A DNA stretch of 63,868 bases, the filler included, from Blastocystis sp. subtype 4 (taxonomy: Eukaryota): the NCBI RefSeq assembly GCF_000743755.1. It is 12 parts of 12 records of this genome, joined end to end, with 100 filler letters (N's around TTAATTAATTAA, not from the genome) between each part and the next. Parts side by side here need not be neighbours in the genome. Positions count along the whole stretch, not along the records: positions 34,148 to 39,044 come from NW_014569062.1; positions 39,145 to 44,022 come from NW_014569061.1; positions 44,123 to 49,942 come from NW_014569060.1; 9 more parts are not named here. One strand, 5' to 3'. This document shows positions 37,126-49,942 of this stretch, one piece after another. The notes beneath the pieces were generated by a model, which worked only from the letters and a program-made list of their open reading frames with translations, did no database searches and was not told the DNA's origin. Within the stretch, counting starts at the first letter, position 1. Every line of letters begins with the position of its first letter. A program made the translations under genes and the position numbers.

Positions 37126-37861
37126 ACCAACTTACCAAAATCGATAACTCAAATTGTACATGTCTTCTCACTTTCTTCAAAACACAGCTTTCTTTCATTC
37201 TTTCATATTTCATTCATATTCACATTTCCATTCTAATCATACTATCGATACGTCCTCACTCACACTTCTCTCTTTTCTCATCTGTTCTTATCTGTACTCT
37301 TCTATATTACCAACCTAATCATCTTAGGCTGGTTTTCAATTCTTCATTCCGTTCTTTTAGTCATCCCTTTCAATGATGGATTACCACTTCATTCACTTGT
37401 TGATAGTAGACAATCAGATTCACAGTACCTTATTCATAGACTTGATTGTTTTTAACTTTCCCGAGGAGACATCTTCATCTTATCAAGCTCTAATGTGTAT
37501 TCTTATTCTTCTCTATCATGTAAGAACTATGTTCTCTTGTGATGATTCTGGTATTCATCATCTACTCTCATTGAGACAATGTCTCTTTGAGAAGGGTGTC
37601 TCTTCGAGATACTCGGTCACCATTAGGACATAAGTTCTGAAGGTGAAATGGTACCATTCTCAGGGAAGCTTCGTGTTGCCAGGATGTATGGTTGATTTCA
37701 TGAAGAAAACACCCTACTATTCTCCAAGAGGAATAGTGGTTGGGTTCATGAGCTGTCAAGCAATCACTCGAGACTTGGACCACTTGGGAACGAGTCCGAG
37801 GCCTTAATGATATGGACGTTAAGTGCCCTCTAGGGCATCTAAGTAGTGTTTAAAGTGTTTA
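37126..37861 (+). repeat. Repeat B copy 3
   Basis: Homologous to 5985-6692. Confidence 0.9.
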
Positions 37862-38130
37862 CCCTCACTCTTTCCATCACCTAAACCTCATTTCTTTCTT
37901 ATCATATTATCCTTATTCATCATATGTCACACAATTGTTCTTCTGATTATATTCAACGAGTGAATATGTTGATAGAGCAAGATCCTGTTATTATGAAGAC
38001 TCGTTTTCTTCTCATATGGAGCATGACAATCAAGCAATATCATCACCGAGAAATGCCGAACAACATGAAATGGACTCAACAATGGTATGGCAACAAAGGC
38101 AAAAGAAATCATCCAAACAACCTAAACAAT

Positions 38131-39044
38131 CTACTCAACTAAATCCCACCTTGAATAGCCCCAAACCAACGCAAGTACAAACAACAACTTTAAGCAGATA
38201 ACCAAACAACTCTCCTTCTCCTCCTGTAGATACGCACTTCTTTGTCGAATGAATCGATCAAGACAATCAGCATCTCAAGATTATCAATCAATCAATCATA
38301 CTTGAACTATGCAATTCTCTCACTCTATTAAATCCCATGGAATACCCACGAATCCCTTCATTAGTGAGTGATGGAATGTCTAAGTTAAATTCAATCATCA
38401 ATTATCACTCTTCAATGTCACTTTGCCTATATGCCAGAAACCTCCATTGATCATTGATAGAGAAGGAAGATCTCATCAATCAATCATCACTATTCATTAT
38501 CAATTCATTTGATTCAGTAGTATTATAATCACAAGCTAATGCAATATTTCCAAGAATGATGGATTGAAGTTGATTCAGATCTCATTCATCAGTCATTCAA
38601 TTATTCATACTCTCAAATACTACAGAATGACACCAATAGAATGCCTCATCATCCAATTGAATGGATATCAGAGAAGGAAGATTCTTCAATTCAAATGATT
38701 CATACCAAAAGAATGAATTCTTCCCAATATGGATTTGTCTCAATCGGGCACAATTCATTAACAAACATTTGCTGCCTTCTCGATTATATTCATCAAGTTC
38801 AAAGCTCCTATCACCAATGACCAAACTCTCCAGTTCAGTCAATCCATCAATCACAAATCGATCTACTTCCGTAAAACAACCATCTCCAATGTCAATTCGT
38901 TTCAATGATATCAATGAATTGTTCAATATCAATGATGATATATCTGGAGGATTGAAATGATCAGCAATAATCAGAGATTCAATACAACTAGTAACAATCA
39001 ATTCACAATCATCAATCCATTTCATTCTCATATCATCATTAACA
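38131..39044 (-). CDS. BspA-like LRR family protein, 5' partial, C-terminal hydrophobic helix
   Basis: Paralogous to the LRR exons at 7400-8100. Confidence 0.75.
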
Positions 39045-39263
39045 NNNNNNNNNNNNNNNNNNNNNNNNNNNNNNNNNNNNNNNNNNNNTTAATTAATTAA
39101 NNNNNNNNNNNNNNNNNNNNNNNNNNNNNNNNNNNNNNNNNNNNAGGCAAATTAATTATGACCATTCACTGGTTCTTAATAATTTGTTAATACTTCCGCG
39201 GATATATCACTCATTCAGAATCATCCAATCATCAGTGTCAACACCATTATTTTCTTTTGCCTG

Positions 39264-42200
39264 ATGTCTGTTATTCAAGTAGAATCGATGGAGATAATGA
39301 ATAGTAGTATATCGAGAGGTCAAAGCAAGGAAAACTGATGGTAAGTGAAGATTGTCTCCGTCGGTTGTTGAGCGATGTAGTATTGTCATGATGAGTTGAT
39401 TAGAAGGATATAGCGAAATTGGATGTGGCAGTACTGGGTATTATGGGTCCATCTCGAAGTGGCAAATCACTATTTCTCAACTTTGTGAGACTGTATCTGG
39501 ACAACCTGGAGAGTATGTATTCAAGAGGGAAAGAATGTATAGAACAAGGAAGGAGTTATTCAAAACTGAGAATACCAGATGTACCAGAATGGATGACTTC
39601 TGAAGGCGACCAAATCAGCGGATTTGAGGTTAACGGAGGAACAATAGCGGTAACAAAGGGTATTCTCTTTTGGAATAAGCCATTTATCATTCGTCGCCCT
39701 AATGGAAAGAAGATGTGTTTGTTACTAATGGATACTCAGGGATTGTGGGACGACAATACTGATAACTATTTCAACTGCTGTATCTTTGGACTAAGTTGCG
39801 TGATATCATCCTATGTTATCTTCAATCAAAAGAGGAATATCAATTCAGAAGAGCTGAAGCGATTGGCCGGTCTTTCGATGTTGAGCAAGGAAATGGTATG
39901 TGATGGAAGGAAGAAGACGTTTCAGAAACTCGATATTCTGTTACGTGACTTTGAGAATCTGAGTCTCCGAAATGATACTGTAGCTACTTGTGAGATTAAG
40001 AGCAAGAAGCGATTAGATCAATTGCGAACCAAAGTTGCTGAAAGAGAGTCATTTGGACAAGTTGAGTCGTGTTTCGACAAGGTGGATGTCGTATGTTCGT
40101 TTGATCCAGGAGAAGATGTCCGAGATGTCGACTATAAAGGATTGATATCTCAGATCAGACCCAAATTCTTGCAATTGTTGAGCCAGTATATTGAACGTAT
40201 TGTGAGAGATATTGAGCCATTGAAGGTTGATGGAAGGGATTTGAAGTGTGAAGAATTTGTGAAGTGGAAGAGAGAATGGAGAATAAGATATAGGTTTGCG
40301 ACTGAAGAAGCGGATTTCTTTGGAAAGTGGAGTCATTGTCCAGATATGGATGACTCTCTGGATTCTGTTTATAAGAGTGAGATGGAGAAGTTGGTAGATG
40401 AAGCGTATACCGTTAGTATGTTCTTGATGAATGAGGAGTAGAAATACACCAATGACTTGTTCTTGATGGAAGGAGGAATATGTGCAGATTCTCTCTTCTT
40501 GGCCAATGGTAAGGTGCGAGATGAATCGATGCAAGTGGGATTGATTGGATGTGATAATGGGAAGTGTATTGTGGATGTAATGAAAGATGTCGATGTCTCC
40601 AACTTCAATCCATCGGTTCAGGTGTCATTGAGTAGTAGAGTGTCTAGTGCCAAAGAAATCGGACTGAAACATTTCCAAGAGAAGGCAAAAGGGAGTATGA
40701 ATCTGAGAAGAGAGTATGAGCGATTGTTGAAGAGTAAGATGGATGAAAAGGCAACAAATCTTCGATCAGATTGGAATCAATTTGAACAATCATGGACAAG
40801 AGTTTGGAGAGTGGGAGTGTATAGGATAAATGATCCTTAGTGGTATAGAAGAACAATGGAAGAAACAATTCAGATTCCAAATCAAGATTATGCTACATTT
40901 GAAAACAAAAACAAGAAGGCGAAAGAGCAGGCGCTAACAACAATGAAGAATGAATGCAGAGGATTGGAGTACATTTGCATCTACTATTTAGCTAAGGATA
41001 AGAAGATATGGAGAGGGCATGTAAATATAATCAATACAATGACAAAGGGGCTTGACAGACAATATGATCGATATAAAGGACTGTATGAGTCGTATGTGAA
41101 ACTCAATGGATTATCGATGGTTCTACAAGGAGATGATGAATGGAACGAGCGGAACAGATACATTACGAGTCTGAGAGTGGCTTCTGGAAGTGGAAATAAA
41201 CTATCTCAATTTGAACTTGTCAACTATGATCGGCTGAAGGAGATAATCATTGAGGACAACTGCTTTGAGAGAGTCATCAAATTCAAATTGGATCATTTGA
41301 CAAGACTGGAGAAGTTGGTTGTTGGAAAGAAATCATTCACAAGAGGAGAGTATGTGAATAAGATATACTATACCGACACGAGTTTCATCATCACGAATTG
41401 TCCATCATTGACACTCATTGATATTGGTGAATGTAGTTTTGCAGAGTTTGGTGGAGAATGGAAGTTGAGTGGATTAGAGAAACTGAAGAAGTTGAGAATA
41501 ATAAGTGAAGACCAAGAGAGTTACAACTTCAACGGTTCTCCATTTGTGATAGAGGGTGGAGTCATGTGTGTAACTGATTAATGATAGGTCTACCTAATCT
41601 GGAAGTTATCGAATTGGGATATAATGCCTTTATTTGGGCCTCTGAAATACGTTTAGAAAGTAGGATGAAAGAGAAGTTGAATAGTAGACTTGAAGAATCT
41701 TGAAAGGATTGAGTTGAATACTTGGGCACTTCAAGGTACTACAAGAGAAGAGAGAGCATGTACTTTAGCGATGATAAGTATGCAATGATAAACGAATTGA
41801 GAGTAGATTTGCCAAACTTATATACGATACGAGCGAAAGGGACATGCAACTTGACGCAACCACGAGAAGTGACCTTACGAAGTAGGTTTCAATGAAGAAT
41901 AAGACGATAGACGTTCCATTAGTGAGAACTGTGGACTTGCATAATCCATTCCAAGAGTGCAAGAGCAAAGAGATTGGTGATAATATTGAAGAAAGATAAC
42001 GAATAGGCAATGTTGGCATTGGTTTACGGTCATACTTTGTAATGAAACAATTGAAAAGTGAAATGAATGAGCTGTTGAATCTGGATGATTATGGATACGA
42101 GAGTAGTTCTGCTAGGGAAAGTATTCAGAACTGCAAAGAAGAACAAAGAAACTATGATATCACTTGTCATTCAGGATATGATGTGATGCGCAAGTTGAAG

Positions 42201-42548
42201 GGATTGCTTGAAAAGTATAAGGATGCATTGAAGACAGATTTGGACAAACAATACTCAGAGAAGAAACGAATTGATGAGAAGAAAAGAAAGACAAAGGAGA
42301 AGATAGATGGATTTGATATAGCAGGGATAGGTAGTTCTGTGGGATGTTTTATCCCAGGTCTGAATCTTATTGCCGCACCAATAGCAGTAGCCTCAGTGGT
42401 TGCCTCCAACAAAGCGAAAGAAGAGTTGAATACACTAAGAAGAAACTATGATGTATGCAATAATAGAATAAGTAGAGACGAGAAGTACTTGAGAAGAATT
42501 GATCAGATACTACAGAACTATGACTTGAGAAGTGTTTATACTGTTTAG
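39264..42548 (+). CDS. Atlastin/GBP-like GTPase - helical - LRR - coiled-coil/hydrophobic-hairpin fusion protein 2, multi-exon
   Basis: ATG 39264 with two ~30-nt introns; GPSRSGKS, TKGILFW, LLMDTQG, ILLRDF; LRR; GIGSSVGCFIPGLNLIAAPIAVASVV. Confidence 0.8.
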
Positions 42549-42658
42549 TTGATTAACAAGAATGAATGAGTGGTGTTGAGTGATGGTAAAAATAGGTGGG
42601 TAAAAGTGTCATTGGAAGTGTTAGGGGTAAGAATGAGTGTGTTTAGGGTTTAGGGTGC

Positions 42659-43270
42659 TAAACACTTTAAACACTACATAGATGCCCTAGAGGGCAATTA
42701 ACGTCCATACCTGCGTAGGCCTCGAACTAGTTCCCCAGTGGTCCAAGTCTCGAGTGATTGCTTGACAGCTCATGAATCCAACCACTATTCCTCTTGGAGA
42801 ATAGTATAGTGATTTCATGATGAAATCAACCATACGCCCTGGTAACACGAAGCTTCCCTGAGAATGGTACCATTTCACCTTCAGAACTTACGTCCTAATG
42901 GTGACCGAGTATCTCGATGAGACACCCTTCTCAAGAGACATTGTCTCAATGAGAGTAGATGAATACCAAAATCAACACAAGAGAACATAGTTCTAACATG
43001 ATAGAAAAGAATAAGAATACACATTAGAGCTTGAGTAGATCAAGATGTCTCCTCGGGAAAGTTAAGAACAATCGAGTCTATCAACAAGGTACTGTGAATC
43101 TCATTGTCTTCTATCAACAAGTGAATGAAATGGTAATCCATCATTGAAATGGATGACTAAATAAACGGAATGAAAAAGTGAAAAAACCAACCTAAGATGA
43201 TTAGGTTGGTAATATAGCAGATTGTAGAGAAGAGTATAGATGAGGATAGATGAGGATAGATGAGAAGAGG
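42659..43270 (-). repeat. Repeat B copy 4, abutting (TTTAGGG)2
   Basis: Reverse complement of 37270-37861. Confidence 0.9.
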
Positions 43271-43394
43271 AAAAGATATAGGAGGCATTGATTTGAATCT
43301 CCTATAGTAGATGAATGTATTTTGTTGGGTATAAGGGTATATAAAGAGTACATAAAGAGATACAGGATAAGGAGACGAATGAAGTTATGCAGGG

Positions 43395-43937
43395 AGGCCT
43401 GAGGCCGTGCGTACTCTGCGGAGGGCGCGGCGCAAGCGCCGCACCTCCTTGAGCTGACGCAATAAATGTGTACAAAATGGTTAAGTAAACAGTCAAAATG
43501 GTGTGAACAAAGTAAACATACTTTCTGACACTAAAAAGATGATGCAGTAAACAGGGTGACGAACAAACGCAAAAAATGTGTGACCAATAATATGGATTAT
43601 CTTTGATGTTCATATAACTGAATAGAATAACGGATATAAGGGTTTAGTATAATCGAAACCATATTGATAGGGAGTAGCTTGGAGTAGGTTTCAGGAGTAG
43701 TCTCAAATATCAAACCTACTCCAAATTCCTTACAAATAGCCCATAAATTAGATTCATTATGAGGATTATTTGATGTTGGAGTAGGTGGAGTAGGTGGAGT
43801 AGGTTAGATTTTCTATTTCTTAACAAGAATTCTATCAAAAACTTTTGTCTAATTGAATTTTCAACCTACTCTTCCTACTCCTCCTACTCCAAAATGAATT
43901 AATCCCTATAAATAAGCCATTTTATGAGCCATTTATG
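43395..43937 (-). mobile_element. Repeat A copy, truncated by repeat C
   Basis: Full hairpin 43395-43460 plus iterons. Confidence 0.9.
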
Positions 43938-44022
43938 AGTAGTAGTGTTTTGACGCATGTTACGTATTTTTTTCATCCAGACAAACCGTCGCAAACATGG
44001 GCCTCCAACCCTGGGTAGCTAT
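43938..44022 (+). mobile_element. Repeat C (Polinton-like AGTAGTAGT terminus), cut by contig end
   Basis: AGTAGTAGTGTTTTGACGCATGTTACGTATT...CCAGACAAACCGTCGCAAACATGGGCC. Confidence 0.7.
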
Positions 44023-44122
44023 NNNNNNNNNNNNNNNNNNNNNNNNNNNNNNNNNNNNNNNNNNNNTTAATTAATTAANNNNNNNNNNNNNNNNNNNNNN
44101 NNNNNNNNNNNNNNNNNNNNNN

Positions 44123-46111
44123 ATTCAATGAGGCAATGTTGAATGTCTTCTTGTACAACTGAATACGATTTGTAGAAGTAGGGAATGATCCTCTAGCAGC
44201 CTGAGACCAACCAGAAGTATCGGCGCTATGCCAATTGGTAGGCACTTCACCCATCTTATAATACCATTGTTCTGAATGATTGATAACAGGACGACGAACA
44301 TACACATTGCTTATACTATTCTGGTTGCTGTCATATCGACCCTTCACTACCATCTCTTGCTCACCATCAGGTAACAGAGCATACATGTAATAATATGAAC
44401 CAGATATCCAATAATTGGATGTGGAATAGAAGGCCACATCGAATCGCTCGACAGTGATACACAAATATGTTTCCCAATTAAGATTTGCAGGATGAGTATG
44501 ACCAGATTGAATCTCATACACAATGTTATCATTGGATGAATCACGAATTCTGAAATACTCATTCTGAGGACTACTTGCGTAAGTTCGAACAATCTTGTAA
44601 TAGGCACCAGTACATTCGGTAAATGCAATACTGATTGAAGTCTGAAGTGGAGTTGTTCCCATTGTTGATGTAATCTGATAGGATGTCGATGGAGAGGCAA
44701 CAGTTGAAACTCCAGAAATGATACAGGTATTGGCATCCATTGTCACACCAGAAGGAAGTGCAGGAGAGATAGTACAGCCACTGTAACCATGCATTGTTGG
44801 CGCAATATTCACTTGTTCATAAGTACTGTAGAAGGAATACTGAGTTTGAGGATAGGATATACTGGTAGGAGGAGCACGATTACAAACAAGGAATTGGAGC
44901 TCATAAACATACACACTTCCAGACTGCGATGATTGACCATTGAATCGAATCAAAGGATACTTGGGAAGTACACTCACTAAATCCCATTGAGCCCATGTAC
45001 TTGATTCATATGTTTGATCAGAAATTGAGAGAACAGTCTGCCAACTAGATGTTGTTGACATGGCACCTTCAATTGAAAACACTCTAGGACTTAAGGTGGG
45101 ACTTGTATAAGGCCACACACGGAAAGAATTGATTTGAGGAATGGATCCTGAAATCTCGAACGTGAGTGAACCAGGAGGAGAAGAGGTATAGGCATATGTA
45201 TTTCGCGTAAACGTTACAGCATAGGTAGGATTTGTAAATCCTGTAGTTGTAACAGCCATATCATTTGGAACGACAAAACAATTGTTTGTTGAACTCAAAC
45301 CGGCCATAAGCGAGAGGAATCCATCAAATTGAATGAATGCAGTAGTTGTAAGATCCACTGGATGGACTTCAACAGCCAAAACACTCGACGCAGTCACATC
45401 AGTAGCAGGACGAATGAGTCCATGATAGCTATAAGTTGTATAGCTTCCTGTAGCTGGAGTACTACTCGATGGAGTTCCATCAGCCATGTTATCTCGATAC
45501 AAACAACTCCGTAGCGATAGTTCAGTTGCAATTCAAAAGCAGCCATATCATTGACTCCAACGAACTGTCTACGGAAGTATTGAACTCCTTGTCCAGTTAC
45601 TGCTTCACCACCTGCTTCGTAGTTAGTCCAAGTAGAATCCACATAGTTTATCGCTTTCCAGTCTGTAGGGGCATTAGCGGTGTATTTCCATACCTCATTC
45701 TTGTTGATGGGAGAATACAAAGACAAAGGCTCTGTTTGGGTTCTCCCTTCAGTCATCATTGCCTTGTATATCACATTTCCATTGATACTCTCGAATTTGA
45801 TCCAAGCGCCATCAGACCAGGAATCACCATAAGTATCGGACATCTCCAGAGTGTACTGATGGTTTGTAGAACCGGACAGACACACCTCAATCACTCTTTC
45901 CTCGTTGTTAGTCAGTGAAGGAGAAGAATAAACGACTGTGGAACCAGAATAGATCGTAAACGACTCTTCAGATGCAAAAGATGCCGTCTTCTTGGTAATC
46001 TTTGTATAAACCTGGTTTGAGGAACAATCAAGAGCAGAAGCGAATACAGCTACACGTGATATAAACAAAACACATTATACAAAGAACCAACAATAATACA
46101 AACCGATGCAT
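44123..46111 (-). CDS. Large secreted/surface protein with He_PIG-like Ig and beta-sandwich modules; frameshift near 45500, 3' partial
   Basis: Signal peptide MHRFVLLLVL, DTYGDSWSDG, SPALPSGVTMDANTCIISG; frame switch between the 224-aa and 475-aa ORFs. Confidence 0.7.
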
Positions 46112-46329
46112 TATGACTATAAATTATAATGTGAATGATCATGTCGATTGTGTGTGTTTCGAATTCTATTAGAGTGCATGAGTAGTGATTCTATATATAA
46201 TAATAGAAATCTTGTGTCTCCTAATGGTAGATGTATTAGACTCGTTATCTGTAACTGATTATTGCCTAGACACAATTGTATCCATTGTCGAAATTAATTG
46301 GAATAATAAATACATTGCTTAACTGGATT

Positions 46330-46677
46330 GCTAGAAATGATTCGTGGAAGAGATGTTTGGTTCATATATGACATTTACAGAAGACAGATATGCACATCAT
46401 CAGGAATTGGTTATAATCTAGTGTTTCAACAAGCTCCTTATTTATGTCCAATATTGATACTTGATGAGATTCAATCAAATGATGTGAACCAAATAGAACC
46501 AGTAGATCTATCAAATGGATTGAACTGTATCAGAATCTATCGTAACCTGATTCGATAGATGATTCCATTTGAAACAAGTCTATTAGTGGATTGTATGATC
46601 TACTCAACAACGGGATTGAACAATGTGTGGTCGTTTAGTTATTTGAATATAGGTGCAGTTCGTATGAGTGATTTACT
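46330..46677 (+). pseudogene. Penton-like gene fragment
   Basis: LVFQQAP...EPVDLSNGLNCIRIYRNLIR*MIPFETSLLVDCMIYST...VRMSDL. Confidence 0.6.
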
Positions 46678-48436
46678 ATTGTTTGACACCACTTTTGAGC
46701 ACCCAACCTCCAGGAGCTATTCTTTCTAAACCATGTTATTCATTCTGTATTAACCAAGAGAGACTAGTAGGTACCATGAACATGTTCTTATCGCTGCTAG
46801 TCTTTCACATGGCATATCGAGGCAATACTATATGAATGTGAAAAGCGGACCAAGACCTATTATGGATAAACAAACAACTGAACAACCTGGTTACCTATAT
46901 TATGACTGATATCATTCTGATATACGAGTGTATATCTACTATCATTGTTTCCACAATATTTCTCATAAGACATCTATACCAATAGAATCATTGTTGAAAG
47001 ATATGACAAATATGCAAGCCAAGAGAGAGGTGATGATTCTTTGATACTTTCTATGACCACTGATACATCACAAAAAAGAAATGAGTAGCAGTCAGAGGTT
47101 AATTGTACTCTTCAATACTGTACAATGGATACGGGAAAGCGATAACCAAAATCACTACGATCTCACGAATGGAGTTCGAGAGATGAATTCATCTTCCTCT
47201 TTGTTAATATAATCACACTCATCTGATTCACCTCGATGATCTCAGATGTTTGAATGAGAATGAGAGTGGTAGAAGGAGGGAATGAAATTGGATCCTCCTT
47301 CTTCAATTCATTCAACACAGATTCGATCTTCAATTCCACTTCATTCTTCACTCTCATCTCATCTCTCTGTTTCACCATGATTGATACTCCACTGACTCCT
47401 CCAATCGTCTTTCTCTTCCCACCTTCATCCACACATTCACCAAATCAATGGAGATTCCCAGAATACGAGAATACACCAAACGAATCAAATACTCAATAAA
47501 GAGTTGATTGGATTGAAGAGAGAACCGAATGGTGAAGTGAATAATAGAGTATCCTGAAGGAGGTTGTGTTGGTCTGCATTGTGAATTATCAGTTTTGATC
47601 CATGATACCACGAACAAAAACATCGCGATTCCACAGATACTTCCAGAACACTGATGGAAAGAGAACCACATTCCTAGAGACATCAATTAAACCAGATCTT
47701 TCATAGAAACACTAGTAGAAGAATAACCAAGAACAACACGAGGCAATATTTGATAAGAACTTATGAGCGGAACAGAAGAATCAGAAAAACAAAACTAAGG
47801 ACCAAAATAAACGAAATAAAGCAAATTGAAGCAATGGTAGGGAGAGGCGAATGATCTCCATCAATATAAGCTAACAACAGAATTGTAGTTATATAGGAGT
47901 GCATATATAATCAGAAACAACAGATCAAAGCTGCATTTTACGAATAGTGAGAAAGGAATCCCAGTTACGATAATCAGTAAAAAAGATGAAGAAGTAAAGA
48001 AGATATAGTATCAGAATAGGAATCAAAGTGATGAATCGAAAGACCATGAATATATTGGGCTACTGACGCAAGGCGCAAAAAACAGGAATAGGAATAAGAG
48101 GGAAAGAATTGTATGGCTGAATGAAAGGAATGAAATTAAATCGAGCTATGTGAAAATAATGCAATTACTTTGTGTGAAGTTTGGTGTAGGAACAGATTAT
48201 GTTCTCTGAATTACCTAGTGTCAGCAATGGCTCAATTATTCATGTAATCATCACTTATATCCAGTATTTGTATGGGGAGGAGAGAAGACAGAATGAAGTC
48301 GATGAATTGATAACGGGCATACAGTTAATTAGGATTCTATTCTTGAAGTCAGATAATGTGTTTACATATTACATACAATAAGGAGTTTCATCGAAGTTGT
48401 GACGGAGAAACAAAGACGCTAAATATTGGTATTGAA

Positions 48437-49489
48437 ATGGAAAGAGTAGTATTGAACAATGGAATAGCCATTCCAGCATTGGGACTGGGGTATTAACTTG
48501 GTTGTGCTTGTGATTTTCAGAACATATCTTTCTAAAGAGAATTCGTGTGCTTTGGCTGTGGAAACAGCTATTAAGGACGGATATCGTCTAATTGATACTG
48601 CTGTATCGTACTGTAATCATAAAGAGATTGGAAGCGCTATTCAGAAGTGTATTCAAGAAGGGGTCGTTAAGAGAAATGATTTGTTCATTTGTACAAAGTT
48701 ATGGTTATGTGATTGGCATAAGGAAGATGTTCCAATTATTGTGGATAGAATATTGAATGAGTTGCAAACGGATTCTATTGATCTACTTCTGATTCATCAT
48801 AGTGTATTGTTCAATCTCCCTCCTGAAGAATATGAGAAGCGAAAGAAAGGCCTTCCTTGTATGAAGATTCCAGATGATGATCCGAAATATCGTCTTGGTT
48901 ACAACATTGAGAATTTGAAGGAGTTGTGGGGTGCTATGGAAGGTGTCTGTAGAGAGGTGAGGATCATTGGGTTGGAGTGATGATTAGGGTAAGGTTCGTT
49001 CGATTGGAGTATCGAACTTCTCGGGCAAGCGAATTCGTGATTTGATGGAGTTTGCTACAATCAAGCCTGTAGTGAATCAGGTTGAATTGCATCCATATTT
49101 ACAACAATGGGAAGTGAAGGAAGTATGTGATAGATTTGGAATCTACTTGATGGCTTATTATCCTCTTGGGGGTCAGCAGGGTACTCGATGCCTTGATTCT
49201 TACAATCTTCTGGAAGATCCCACCATAGTGAATATTGCAAAGACTCACTCCAAGACATGTGCTCAAGTGTTGATTCGATGGGCCATTCAACGAGGAACGA
49301 TTTGTATACCCAAATCTGTTACTCCAAGTCGAATTGCTGAGAATATGGCTGTGTTTGATTTCTCATTAAGTGATGATGAAATGACAGCTATTCGAGGCAT
49401 TGATAAAAGGACTCGCTTTGTGCGAATTGGTGTATTCTTACCGAGTCCACAGACATGGAAAGATTTGTGGGATGGAGAATATGTAGATT
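48437..49489 (+). CDS. Aldo-keto reductase; stop probably completed by poly(A)
   Basis: LNNGIAIPALGLG, GYRLIDTA, TKLW, NQVELHPY, IPKSVTPSRIAEN. Confidence 0.93.
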
Positions 49490-49589
49490 GGAGTGTTTGT
49501 TCTATTGATAGCAATGTGGGCCTCAGTTGAGAATGAGTCTGTACATATTCTAATATCAGGACGCACACATGATTATCGGCAACAACAGT

Positions 49590-49942
49590 AAATGTTTGAA
49601 GCGATTGATACTACTTCATCATGACGATCACGCACATCAAACTGAAACGAACACAAATCACTCATACGAACTCCTGGCATGTTCAAATGACTAAACAAAC
49701 ATTGTTCAATCCCATTGTTGAGTAGATCATACAATCCACTAATGGACTTGTTTCAAATGATATCATCTGCTTTACCAGATTACTGTAGATTCGAATCCAG
49801 TTCAATCCATTTGATAGATCTACTGGTTCTCTTCCTTTCACACCACTTGCCTGAATCTCATCAAATCCCAATATTCGACTCAAATCAGGTGCTTGTTGAA
49901 ATACTAGATCATAAGCAGGACCAGAAGGATGTGGATATCCAT
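49590..49942 (-). pseudogene. Penton-like gene fragment (best preserved)
   Basis: APDLSRILGFDEIQASGVKGREPVDLSNGLNWIRIYSNLV...VRMSDLCSFQFDVRDRHDEVV. Confidence 0.65.

Noticed and set aside
37373..37810. ORFs within repeats A and B (e.g. 16332, 19823, 36646, 37373, 42687, 43302)
   Set aside because: Indels, stops and mostly non-synonymous differences between copies
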